NCBI GenBank assembly: GCA_030427255.1
Contig: JAUHWY010000018.1
Span: 2,359-66,358, forward strand
DNA length: 64,000 nt
From: Bacteroidia bacterium
GTDB lineage: Bacteria; Bacteroidota; Bacteroidia; CAIKAF01
Direction of reading: 5' to 3'
This document shows positions 39,040-47,854 of this stretch, one piece after another (within the stretch, counting starts at the first letter, position 1; each line of letters starts with the position of its first letter). A program made the translations under genes and the position numbers. The notes beneath the pieces were generated by a model, which searched no databases, was not told the DNA's origin, and saw only the letters and a list, made by a program, of their open reading frames with translations.

Positions 39040-41883
39040 ATGAGCAGCAAACAAAGCTATATCGAAATTCAGGGAGCACGCGAGAACAACCTCCGCGACC
39101 TGGATTTAAACATTCCCAGAGGGGCATTGGTCGTTATTACCGGGCTTTCGGGTAGTGGTAAATCTTCGCTCGCGTTCGATACCATCTATGCCGAAGGCCA
39201 ACGCCGGTACATCGAAAGTTTTTCGGCTTATGCCCGGCAGTTTTTGGGAGGCATGGAACGCCCCGATGTAGACAGCATTCGTGGCTTAAGTCCTGTAGTT
39301 AGCATTGAGCAAAAAACCACCAATAAAAATCCGCGGTCTACCGTGGGCACCATCACCGAAATCTATGATTTTCTGCGGCTTTTGTATGCCCGGGCAGGGG
39401 AGGCTTTTTCTTACGTTACCGGGGAGCCAATGGTTCGTTATTCCGACGACCAAATCATAGATACCCTGCTCCGCGATTACCAAGGCCTGGACTTGCATCT
39501 GTTGGCGCCGCTGGTAAAAGGCCGCAAAGGCCACTACCGTGAGCTGTTTGAGCGCACGGCCAAAAACGGTTACCTTAAAGTTCGTGTCGACGGCGAAATC
39601 CGTGAAATTACCCACGGCATGAAGTTGGACCGTTATAAGGTACACGATATTGAGGTTTTGGTAGATACCATAAGCATGCGCGAAGGTCAGTTAGACCGCC
39701 TTCGTCGTTCTGCAGCAACCGCCCTTAAAATGGGTAAAGGAAGTTTGTTGGTGCAGGCCCGCGGAGCAGAGGAAGCCCGGCATTTTAGCCGCCACCTTAT
39801 GTGTCCCACCTCCGGCATTTCCTACGAAGAGCCGGCCCCCAATTTATTCTCTTTCAATAGTCCTTACGGCGCATGCCCCAACTGCAATGGCTTGGGCACC
39901 GTATTGGAAATTGATCGGGAAAAAATATTTCCTGACCCCTCCTTATCCATTAAAAAGGGAGGCGTGGCTCCTTTGGGCACCTTTAAGAACAATTGGATTT
40001 TTAGGCAATTGGAACTGTTGGGCAAGGCCATGGGCTTTGATTTAACTACTCCTGTTGGCGAGCTGGACGAGGAAGTGATTTCGGCCTTACTGCAAGGCAC
40101 TTCGGAATCCATATCCTTTAGAACCAAAGAGTCGGGCGTGTTGCAAACCGTAGATTTTGAAGGAATCGGCGTGTTTATTCAGCAACAAGCAGAAGAAGCC
40201 CAAAGCAAGCGGCTTAACCGCTGGGCTCAAGGCTTTATGCAGCGCAAAGCCTGTCCCGAATGCGAAGGGAGTCGCCTTAAGAAAGAGGCCATGTATTTTA
40301 GGATGGAGGGCTACAACATCGCAGAATTGGCTGCTCTAGACCTAAAGACCTTGCAACAGCTCTTGGAGGGCATGGAAGACCGCTTACCGCCCATGCGCAA
40401 AGCAGTGGCTACCGAGGTGCTTAAAGAAGTGCGGAAGCGTTTGGGCTTTTTGTTGGATGTGGGCTTGGCTTATTTGAGCCTGGACAGGCCTGCGCGAAGT
40501 TTGTCCGGAGGCGAAGCGCAGCGTATCCGTTTGGCTACTCAAATTGGAGCTCAACTGGTAGGGGTCTTGTATATTTTAGATGAGCCTTCTATTGGTCTGC
40601 ACCAAAGGGACAACGACCGTTTGATTGAAGCCCTGAAAAAGCTCCGTGATGGCGGAAACTCGGTGTTGGTTGTGGAGCATGACAAGGACATGATGTTGGC
40701 TTCCGACTATTTGATAGACATTGGACCCGGAGCCGGGCAGCATGGGGGCCGTGTTATGGCCGAGGGTACGGTAGAGGCTTTTCTTCAGCAGCAGAGCCAA
40801 ACCGCCAAGTACCTTTCGGGTGCTTTAGAAATTGCGGTGCCTAAAAGCCGCCGCAAGGGCAATGGAAAGTATTTGGAGTTGTTGGGAGCCACTGGTCATA
40901 ACCTTAAGTCCGTTGACCTTAAACTTCCTTTGGGCATGTTGGTATGCGTTACCGGAGTCTCGGGCAGTGGTAAGTCTTCTTTAATTAACGAGACATTATA
41001 TCCTTTACTGGCGGGAGAGCTGCACCGTGCGGAGCTGGTTCCCCTGCCTTATACCAAGCTCAAGGGCACTAAGTCCATAGATAAGGTTATTCGTATAGAT
41101 CAAAGTCCAATTGGCCGCACACCAAGATCGAATCCGGCTACGTATACCGGAGTATTTTCGGACATACGCAACCTGTTTGCCCTTTTGCCTGAAGCAAAGA
41201 TTCGGGGCTATAAACCCGGGCGTTTCTCATTTAATGTAAAAGGAGGGCGATGCGAAACTTGCGGCGGTGCAGGTTTGCGGGTAATTGAGATGAACTTTCT
41301 GCCCGATGTGGAGGTGACTTGCGAAACTTGCTTAGGTAAACGCTACAACAGAGAAACCTTAGAAGTGCGCTACAAAGGCCACAGCATTGCTGATGTTTTG
41401 AACCTTACCATTGAGCAGGCCGTAGATTTCTTTTCTTCCATTCCGGTAATCACCCGAAAAATTGGAGTGCTCAATGAAATTGGACTGGGCTATTTAACCT
41501 TAGGGCAAAGTTCCACCACCTTATCCGGTGGAGAGGCTCAGCGGGTTAAGTTGGCTTCAGAGCTCAACCGAACCGATACCGGAAAAACCCTTTATATTTT
41601 GGATGAGCCCACCACCGGTTTGCATTTTGAAGACATCCGAATGTTGTTGGATGTACTCAACAAACTGGTAGATAAAGGGAATACCGTGTTGGTTATTGAG
41701 CACAATATGGATGTAATTAAATCTGCCGACCACCTGATAGACTTAGGTCCAGAGGGCGGCAAAGAGGGAGGACAAATTTTGTTTTCAGGACTTCCCGAAG
41801 CATTGGCAAAAATCCCTGAAAACCATACCGGCCGCTTTTTGGCCAAAGAATTAATCATGCACAAAAACGTAGAACAAGTATGA
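39040..41883 (+). CDS. uvrA: Excinuclease ABC subunit A
   Basis: GARENNL, two Walker A motifs (GLSGSGKS, GVSGSGKS), LSGGEAQR twice, Zn fingers. Confidence 0.97.
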   Translation: MSSKQSYIEIQGARENNLRDLDLNIPRGALVVITGLSGSGKSSLAFDTIYAEGQRRYIESFSAYARQFLGGMERPDVDSIRGLSPVVSIEQKTTNKNPRSTVGTITEIYDFLRLLYARAGEAFSYVTGEPMVRYSDDQIIDTLLRDYQGLDLHLLAPLVKGRKGHYRELFERTAKNGYLKVRVDGEIREITHGMKLDRYKVHDIEVLVDTISMREGQLDRLRRSAATALKMGKGSLLVQARGAEEARHFSRHLMCPTSGISYEEPAPNLFSFNSPYGACPNCNGLGTVLEIDREKIFPDPSLSIKKGGVAPLGTFKNNWIFRQLELLGKAMGFDLTTPVGELDEEVISALLQGTSESISFRTKESGVLQTVDFEGIGVFIQQQAEEAQSKRLNRWAQGFMQRKACPECEGSRLKKEAMYFRMEGYNIAELAALDLKTLQQLLEGMEDRLPPMRKAVATEVLKEVRKRLGFLLDVGLAYLSLDRPARSLSGGEAQRIRLATQIGAQLVGVLYILDEPSIGLHQRDNDRLIEALKKLRDGGNSVLVVEHDKDMMLASDYLIDIGPGAGQHGGRVMAEGTVEAFLQQQSQTAKYLSGALEIAVPKSRRKGNGKYLELLGATGHNLKSVDLKLPLGMLVCVTGVSGSGKSSLINETLYPLLAGELHRAELVPLPYTKLKGTKSIDKVIRIDQSPIGRTPRSNPATYTGVFSDIRNLFALLPEAKIRGYKPGRFSFNVKGGRCETCGGAGLRVIEMNFLPDVEVTCETCLGKRYNRETLEVRYKGHSIADVLNLTIEQAVDFFSSIPVITRKIGVLNEIGLGYLTLGQSSTTLSGGEAQRVKLASELNRTDTGKTLYILDEPTTGLHFEDIRMLLDVLNKLVDKGNTVLVIEHNMDVIKSADHLIDLGPEGGKEGGQILFSGLPEALAKIPENHTGRFLAKELIMHKNVEQV

Positions 41884-42614
41884 GTCAAGACATGGAACAG
41901 TACGCCAAATCCGGCGAAGAAAAAATCAAAGAAGCCTTTAAAGAAAAAGACTGGGTAGAAATCAGAACCAATGACTCTTGGGCCCTGTTTAAAATTATGG
42001 GCGAGTTTGTAGAGGGCTACGAAAAAATGAGCCGTATTGGCCCTTGCGTAAGTATTTTTGGTTCGGCACGTACCAAGCCCGACAACCCCTACTACCAACT
42101 TGGGGTAGATGTGGCCTACAAGCTTACCCAACAAGGTTTTGGAATCATTACAGGTGGCGGACCGGGCATTATGGAAGCTGGAAATAAGGGCGCCAAAGCC
42201 GGCGGAGGAAAGTCGGTAGGACTGAATATTGAACTTCCTTTTGAACAAGAACCTAACCCCTTTATTGATCCGGACAAGAATTTGGATTTTGATTACTTTT
42301 TTGTTCGAAAAGTAATGTTTGTTAAGTACTCTCAAGGCTTTGTGGTTTTGCCCGGTGGCTTTGGTACCCTCGATGAACTTTTTGAGTCGCTTACCTTAAT
42401 CCAAACCTATAAGATTGGGAAGTTTCCCATTGTTTTGGTGGGTTCATCTTACTGGTCCGGTTTGGTAGATTGGATGAAAGATGCCGTTTTGGCTCAGGAG
42501 AAAAACATCAATCCTCAAGACTTAGATTTGTTTAAAGTGGTAGATACCGCCGACGATGCGGTAAAAATCATTGTGGATTTCTATAGTCAGTATTCGCTTA
42601 AGCCAAACTTCTAA
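41880..42614 (+). CDS. LOG family nucleotide monophosphate nucleosidase (TIGR00730)
   Basis: FGSAR, TGGGPGIMEA, PGGFGTLDE. Confidence 0.9.
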   Translation: MSQDMEQYAKSGEEKIKEAFKEKDWVEIRTNDSWALFKIMGEFVEGYEKMSRIGPCVSIFGSARTKPDNPYYQLGVDVAYKLTQQGFGIITGGGPGIMEAGNKGAKAGGGKSVGLNIELPFEQEPNPFIDPDKNLDFDYFFVRKVMFVKYSQGFVVLPGGFGTLDELFESLTLIQTYKIGKFPIVLVGSSYWSGLVDWMKDAVLAQEKNINPQDLDLFKVVDTADDAVKIIVDFYSQYSLKPNF

Positions 42615-42631
42615 ACAATGTATTGGGGTTT

Positions 42632-42669
42632 AAGGGGTTAAAACAAGTTTTTAACCCCTTTTTCTTTTT
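42632..42669 (+). terminator. Rho-independent terminator
   Basis: AAGGGGTTAAAA/TTTTAACCCCTT stem followed by T-run. Confidence 0.8.
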
Positions 42670-42726
42670 GAGGTGTTTCCTTTTGTGCATTTTTCGTAAA
42701 TTAGATGTACTCAAAATGGATAACTT

Positions 42727-43443
42727 ATGGAAACATGGATTGCCCCTGGCATAAAGTCATGGGCAGAAGATGAGCGCCCCCGCGAAAAGTTATTGAGTAA
42801 AGGCAAACAACAATTAAGCAATGCCGAGCTGTTGGCAATTTTAATCGGTTCGGGAAAAAAAGGTAGAACGGCTTTGGATGTGGCTCGCGATGTGTTGCAA
42901 TTGGCCGGTCACAATTTGCATGAGTTGGCACGAATGGATGGACACCAATTAAGTAAGGTGCCAGGAATAGGTCCTGCCCGTGCCGTTGCTTTGATGGCCG
43001 CCTTAGAGTTGAGCAACCGTAGAATCCATGAAGCCACTCCAAAGCCTAAAAAAATAGGTTCGAGTAGGGATGCTTCGGAAGTCTTAGCTCCCTTGCTACG
43101 CGACTTGCCTCATGAAGAGTTTTGGGTGCTATTTCTCTCCCAAGCCAACAAAGTGAGAACCGTGCAGCGCATTAGCCAAGGAGGCATTGCAGGTACTCTT
43201 GCCGACCTGCGGTTGATTTTTAGATTGGCCATAGAACATTTTGCCACCGGTATTATTTTGTGCCATAACCACCCCAGCGGAAATTTAAAACCCAGTCAAG
43301 CCGACCTTAGGCTAACCCGAAAAATTGTACAAGCGGGCCAGCTTATGGATGTGGCGGTTTTAGACCATTTGATTATTGCCGGAGATGCGTATTTCTCTTT
43401 CGCCGACGAAGGGCGCATGCCAAGTGTTGGGGTAGTGCCCTAA
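42727..43443 (+). CDS. radC: RadC family JAB-domain protein
   Basis: ERPREKL, LSNAELLAILI, HNHPSG, DHLII. Confidence 0.93.
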   Translation: METWIAPGIKSWAEDERPREKLLSKGKQQLSNAELLAILIGSGKKGRTALDVARDVLQLAGHNLHELARMDGHQLSKVPGIGPARAVALMAALELSNRRIHEATPKPKKIGSSRDASEVLAPLLRDLPHEEFWVLFLSQANKVRTVQRISQGGIAGTLADLRLIFRLAIEHFATGIILCHNHPSGNLKPSQADLRLTRKIVQAGQLMDVAVLDHLIIAGDAYFSFADEGRMPSVGVVP

Positions 43444-43565
43444 CCTTTTGGCAAAGCTGTGGTGCCTACTTTTGGCTTGCAGGGCCTTTTTTTCTGTTTT
43501 GGCCGGCTCAGTTTCTATTGTGCTTCTTTAAAGCATAGCTTTAGGGAATTGGCTAATATTGCACC

Positions 43566-44699
43566 ATGGCTTCTGTACCCTCTATTGTAGTTTTTGCCGG
43601 AACCAGACCGCAGCTCATTAAAAGTGCCGCCCTGTTTCATGCCTGGCAAGATGGTTTTCAAGACCTCTGTCGTCTTGCATGGGTACATACCGGCCAACAT
43701 TACGACGCCAATATGTCTGAGGTGTTTTTGGAGGAGTTGGAATTGCCTAAACCTTTGGCTCATTTTGACTTAGATAAGTCTCTCGATGCCTTAGGACAAA
43801 TGGCGCAAATGATGCAATCTGCTAAGGCTTGGCTAAGTGCCCACAAGCCTTCGGTTGTGCTCGTCTTTGGCGATACCAACAGCACCTTGGCAGCCGCATT
43901 GGCGGCGGTACGAGAAAAAATACCTGTGGCCCATGTAGAAGCAGGTTTGCGTTCAGGGGATTTTGCCATGCCTGAGGAGCAAAACAGAATTATCACCGAC
44001 CGGCTTAGTCGGTGGTTGTTTGTAAGCTCGGAGCAGGAAATGCAGCAGCTAAACCGGGAGGGAGTACCTCAAGAAAGCGGCAATTTGCAACCCGAAATTC
44101 ATGTGACCGGCGACATTATGGCCGATTTGTGCCTTGCTTGGCAAAAAAAGGAAGATCAGCGCCAAGCCGTTTTGGAAGGGTATGGTCTCCGGGAAGGAGA
44201 ATACTTGCTGGCTACCCTGCATCGTGATTTCAATACCGCAGCTAAGGATTCCATTTTGAGTCATTTTCAATCGCTCCAGGCCTTAGCAGAACGTATGCAC
44301 CTACGCATGCTTGTGTTTGTTCACCCGCGTGTGGCCAAGCTTTTGCCCCTAGACGATGAGGCCTTACAAGGCTTTTCTTTTTTGAGTTTTTGTTCTCCTG
44401 CATCCTATGGAACCATGCAACATTTATTGGCAGGTTGCAGGGCTTTGTGTACCGATTCGGGCGGTTTGCAAAAGGAAGGAGCCTGGCATCAAAAGCCCGT
44501 AATTGTTTTACGGCCTTCTACGGAGTGGAAAGCCTTAGTAGAACATTCGTTTTGTTGGGTCAACGGCCCCGGCATATTACGCCTTGAGCCTGCCTTAGAC
44601 TTTATTCACAATTACCGTTCGGTAGGTTTTCCTACCTTTTATGGAGAAGGACAATCTGCAGCGCGAATATTACATTACCTTTTGCATCCTAAAACGTAG
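43566..44699 (+). CDS. wecB: UDP-N-acetylglucosamine 2-epimerase (non-hydrolysing)
   Basis: GTRPQLIK, HTGQHYD, GDTNST, HVEAGLRS, TDSGGLQKE. Confidence 0.92.
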   Translation: MASVPSIVVFAGTRPQLIKSAALFHAWQDGFQDLCRLAWVHTGQHYDANMSEVFLEELELPKPLAHFDLDKSLDALGQMAQMMQSAKAWLSAHKPSVVLVFGDTNSTLAAALAAVREKIPVAHVEAGLRSGDFAMPEEQNRIITDRLSRWLFVSSEQEMQQLNREGVPQESGNLQPEIHVTGDIMADLCLAWQKKEDQRQAVLEGYGLREGEYLLATLHRDFNTAAKDSILSHFQSLQALAERMHLRMLVFVHPRVAKLLPLDDEALQGFSFLSFCSPASYGTMQHLLAGCRALCTDSGGLQKEGAWHQKPVIVLRPSTEWKALVEHSFCWVNGPGILRLEPALDFIHNYRSVGFPTFYGEGQSAARILHYLLHPKT

Positions 44700-44705
44700 A
44701 CCTGT

Positions 44706-44993
44706 ATGGAATTGAAGGAAATAGAAGCACTATTAGAAAAGGTTCAGGGAGAAGTAGCAGACCTTATGGAGGGAGCGTCCTATCAGGATTGGGATAAAGA
44801 CGAAAAATGGCAGTTCATGCTGCAATTGGAAGAGCAGTTAGGCGATATGCCCTGGGCAATTGAGCTGCCTTTTGAACCCGGATTTAGCGAAAAGGGTTTT
44901 CCCGAGTACATAAAAACTACCAAAGACATGGCCAGTCATTTGCTAAACATGCTTCAGGAGAGCAAGCGCAAGGCTAAAAGGGCAGAGGACTAA
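44706..44993 (+). CDS. Small acidic hypothetical protein, weakly ACP-like
   Basis: 95 aa, 6 bp after wecB; LQLEEQLG..IELP..IKTTKD pattern. Confidence 0.6.
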   Translation: MELKEIEALLEKVQGEVADLMEGASYQDWDKDEKWQFMLQLEEQLGDMPWAIELPFEPGFSEKGFPEYIKTTKDMASHLLNMLQESKRKAKRAED

Positions 44994-45334
44994 AGCGTGT
45001 CTTGGTTAAGCTTTTCGGTGAGCTTGGTTTTACCGGCTTCCAAGCCGTCAATGAATTTTTGGAGTTCTTGGCTAGGAAAATGCCCGGACCTCAGAGCGCT
45101 TTCCAAAAAAATACACAATTCCCTTTCCTCTTTCATATCCATATAGTTTAAAGAGGATTTGAGCCGGTGGCATGTTTTTGCTAAGGTGTCGCTATCCTTT
45201 GCTTCAAAGGCAGCTTTAAATTCCGGCAAGTCGTTATTCAGTTGCCGAATAAAACTATCGATCATGCGGCGCATAAACACTTGGTCGCCGTTACTTACCT
45301 CCCGTAGTAATTGAAATGTTGAAGCTTGGTCCAT
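44990..45334 (-). CDS. Hpt (histidine phosphotransfer) domain protein
   Basis: GDQVFMRRMIDSF, CHRLKSS; TACTTTTG box at 45349-45356 supports start at 45334. Confidence 0.85.
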   Translation of the reverse strand: MDQASTFQLLREVSNGDQVFMRRMIDSFIRQLNNDLPEFKAAFEAKDSDTLAKTCHRLKSSLNYMDMKEERELCIFLESALRSGHFPSQELQKFIDGLEAGKTKLTEKLNQDTL

Positions 45335-45409
45335 AATGCTATCACGAGCAAAAGTAACAACGGAAGGCAAGACTGGTTCAGTTTTGGGCATTCAAAGCTG
45401 CTTTTCGCC

Positions 45410-46774
45410 TTATTTGGCTTTTTTCCTGTCGTTTTTGAGCATGTTATAGATGGTGCTCTTAGATATCCCTAGCTTGTCGGCTACCAACAATACCTTTTGG
45501 TCGTACTTGTCCAAATAGAAATTTATGATGTCTCGCGTGTAGTCTTCCAAACGTTTTTCTTCTTGCAAAAATCCGGTTTGGTTTTTTTGCACTTTATGGA
45601 TAATAATATCCTTGTCCGAAATCACCTCGGAATTGCTTACCACGCAGGCCAGTTCAATCATTGCCTTTAGTTCGCGCACGTTACCCGGAAAGCTGTATTT
45701 TTTAAGCTTCACCATGGCCTCATCGCTGAGGGTTTTTACCGGCCGGTTGTTTTGGGTGGCATATTGCTTTAAGAAAAAGCCGGTTAGAATGGGCAAATCC
45801 TCTAAACGGTCCCTTAGCGCAGGTAAGGCAATAATTAGCCCAAGCATGGAATAATATAAATCTTCCCTAAAGATTCCTTCTTTAACCAGTTCCTCAAGGT
45901 TTTTGGTAGTGGAAAAAAGAAAGCGTAAATCAATGGGGATGGTTTTGGTTCCCCCCACCCGCGTTAAGGTTTTGTTTTGAATGGCTTGCAAAAGGCGTCC
46001 TTGAACAGCCAAGGGTAAATCGCAAATTTCATCAAGAAGCAAGGTGCCTCCCTGCGCCTGTTCCAAAAGCCCCGGCCTAGAGACGGGCGACTTAGGATCA
46101 GGCCCCGGTTTTTCGGAACCAAACAAGGTTTCTTCAATGTCTTTTTCGGGAACACCGGTAATGTTTACCTGAACAAAGGGTTGCGCTTTTCTGGACGATC
46201 TAAAATGAATGGCTCTAGCCACCAGTTCTTTACCTGTGCCTGTCTCTCCGGTTATGGTAACATGGATTTGTGTGTCTGCGGCTTTTTGAACCAAATTGGC
46301 CACTTCTTGCATGGCAGCTCCTTGGCCAACCAAGCTTTTGGAAGGGTTCAATTGCTCGCCAAGCTGCTTACGTAAATCTCGGTTCTCTTTTTCCAAGGCA
46401 GTTGCTTTGGAAATGTTATTTACAACCTTCCAAAGTCTTTCTTTGGTGTCGTCGTCTTTTACAATATAATCGTAGGCACCTTCTTTGAGCAGCGTTACTG
46501 CCGTTTTAATGTCTTCTTGTCCCGATATTATAATGACCTTTTGCTCCGGATTGTAGGCTAAAATTTTTTCTAAGGCCAAACTACCCGGCATGTCCGGTAA
46601 TCGATAATCCAGCGTAATTAGGTCCGGATTCAGGTGCAAATAATCCAAGCACTCTCCTGCCGATTGGAATTTAGTAATAGAGTTTGCGGGAGACATTCCT
46701 AAATAGTACTCCAAAAACTCTCCATACCAAGGATCGTCCTCAACTATAAATATGGTTAATCCTCCTTGTACCAT
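45410..46774 (-). CDS. NtrC-family response regulator (REC-AAA+-HTH) lacking GAFTGA
   Basis: VEDD/LDY receiver, GETGTGKE, LLDEI, FREDLYY, FPGNVREL, LGISKSTIY. Confidence 0.9.
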   Translation of the reverse strand: MVQGGLTIFIVEDDPWYGEFLEYYLGMSPANSITKFQSAGECLDYLHLNPDLITLDYRLPDMPGSLALEKILAYNPEQKVIIISGQEDIKTAVTLLKEGAYDYIVKDDDTKERLWKVVNNISKATALEKENRDLRKQLGEQLNPSKSLVGQGAAMQEVANLVQKAADTQIHVTITGETGTGKELVARAIHFRSSRKAQPFVQVNITGVPEKDIEETLFGSEKPGPDPKSPVSRPGLLEQAQGGTLLLDEICDLPLAVQGRLLQAIQNKTLTRVGGTKTIPIDLRFLFSTTKNLEELVKEGIFREDLYYSMLGLIIALPALRDRLEDLPILTGFFLKQYATQNNRPVKTLSDEAMVKLKKYSFPGNVRELKAMIELACVVSNSEVISDKDIIIHKVQKNQTGFLQEEKRLEDYTRDIINFYLDKYDQKVLLVADKLGISKSTIYNMLKNDRKKAK

Positions 46775-47201
46775 AAATCAAAAGTGCCTAATAGCGTATG
46801 TATTGTTTAGAGGACAAATACCAAACTTAGTAAACCGAGCCCATCCAAAATGCTGCATTACACCCATGTTGTCTTAAGTTTGACTTTCACTCCATGTCTC
46901 AAAAATACACTACCCGTTAGGATTTCCAAAATTTAGAAATTATTAAACTTTGTCCTCCCTTTTGTTTTACTTTTGGCTGTGGTCATAATCATCAGAAAAT
47001 CAATATGCTATTTTTTTAGTCTTGGTTTTTTGTGGCATTATTTAATTTTATTTATTGATAAATTGCTCCAATTTATGGAAAATGGGATGCCTAGTCTATC
47101 GGCTTATCCCGTGTCCGTCATTTTTTGATTTTTTTGACTTTGAGCCCCTTGATGCCTTGTGTTTTTAAGCCAAGCATCCTAGCCCAAACCTAAAGATAGA
47201 A

Positions 47202-47234
47202 TCGCCACCAGAATAGCAGCGAGCCAACATTCTC
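47202..47234. mobile_element. Degenerate end of the 3133-3277 MITE family
   Basis: TCGCCACCAGAATAGCAGCGAGCCAACATTCTC vs TCGCCGCCAGAATAGCAACGCGTCAACGGTCTC (about 27/33). Confidence 0.55.
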
Positions 47235-47272
47235 CTTTTGGTGCAGATTCCAGGGCTTTGTATTTTTGCTGT

Positions 47273-47854
47273 ATGTTGCGATTGGCTTTACCTACTGACC
47301 CCCGTTGGGCCCATGCCGCTCAAATGGATATTTCCGAGATATTGACCGACCATGCTTGGTGTGAGCAAAAGGCAGCCAGCTCTGCCATATCCCTCATGGT
47401 TCAATACCCGGAATTCCCGGACTTGGTGCGTCAAATGGCCGAACTCGCACGGGAAGAAATGGAACATTTTCAGCGGGTACATCAGCGCATTCAAGACCGA
47501 GGACTTAGCCTTGGAAGAGAGCGGAAAGACCCCTACGTACATGCCTTAATTTCTTTCCAAATCAAACAGGGCACTAAAGAGCAAAGGTTAAGAGACAAAC
47601 TTTTAATGGCTGCCCTAATTGAAGCCCGCAGTTGCGAAAGGTTTAGGTTGCTGAGCGAAGAAATAGCAGACCCTTCTTTAGCCGATTTTTACAGAGAATT
47701 AATGGAAAGCGAAGCTGCTCATTACACCTTATTCATAACCTTGGCCAGAGATTTAACCGGGAGAGAAGCCACCGATGTACGGTGGAGTGAATGGCTAAAC
47801 TACGAAGCCGAACAAATTCAAAAATTCCAGAGCGGAAAAGGCATACATGTTTAA
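47273..47854 (+). CDS. miaE: tRNA-(ms2io6A)-hydroxylase
   Basis: DHAWCEQKAA, EEMEHF, IEARSCERF, SEAAHY di-iron motifs. Confidence 0.92.
   Translation: MLRLALPTDPRWAHAAQMDISEILTDHAWCEQKAASSAISLMVQYPEFPDLVRQMAELAREEMEHFQRVHQRIQDRGLSLGRERKDPYVHALISFQIKQGTKEQRLRDKLLMAALIEARSCERFRLLSEEIADPSLADFYRELMESEAAHYTLFITLARDLTGREATDVRWSEWLNYEAEQIQKFQSGKGIHV

Noticed and set aside
42727-43443. radC as marker of a mobile element
   Set aside because: Full-length chromosomal type with N-terminal HhH region, host-like composition and no mobility genes nearby.
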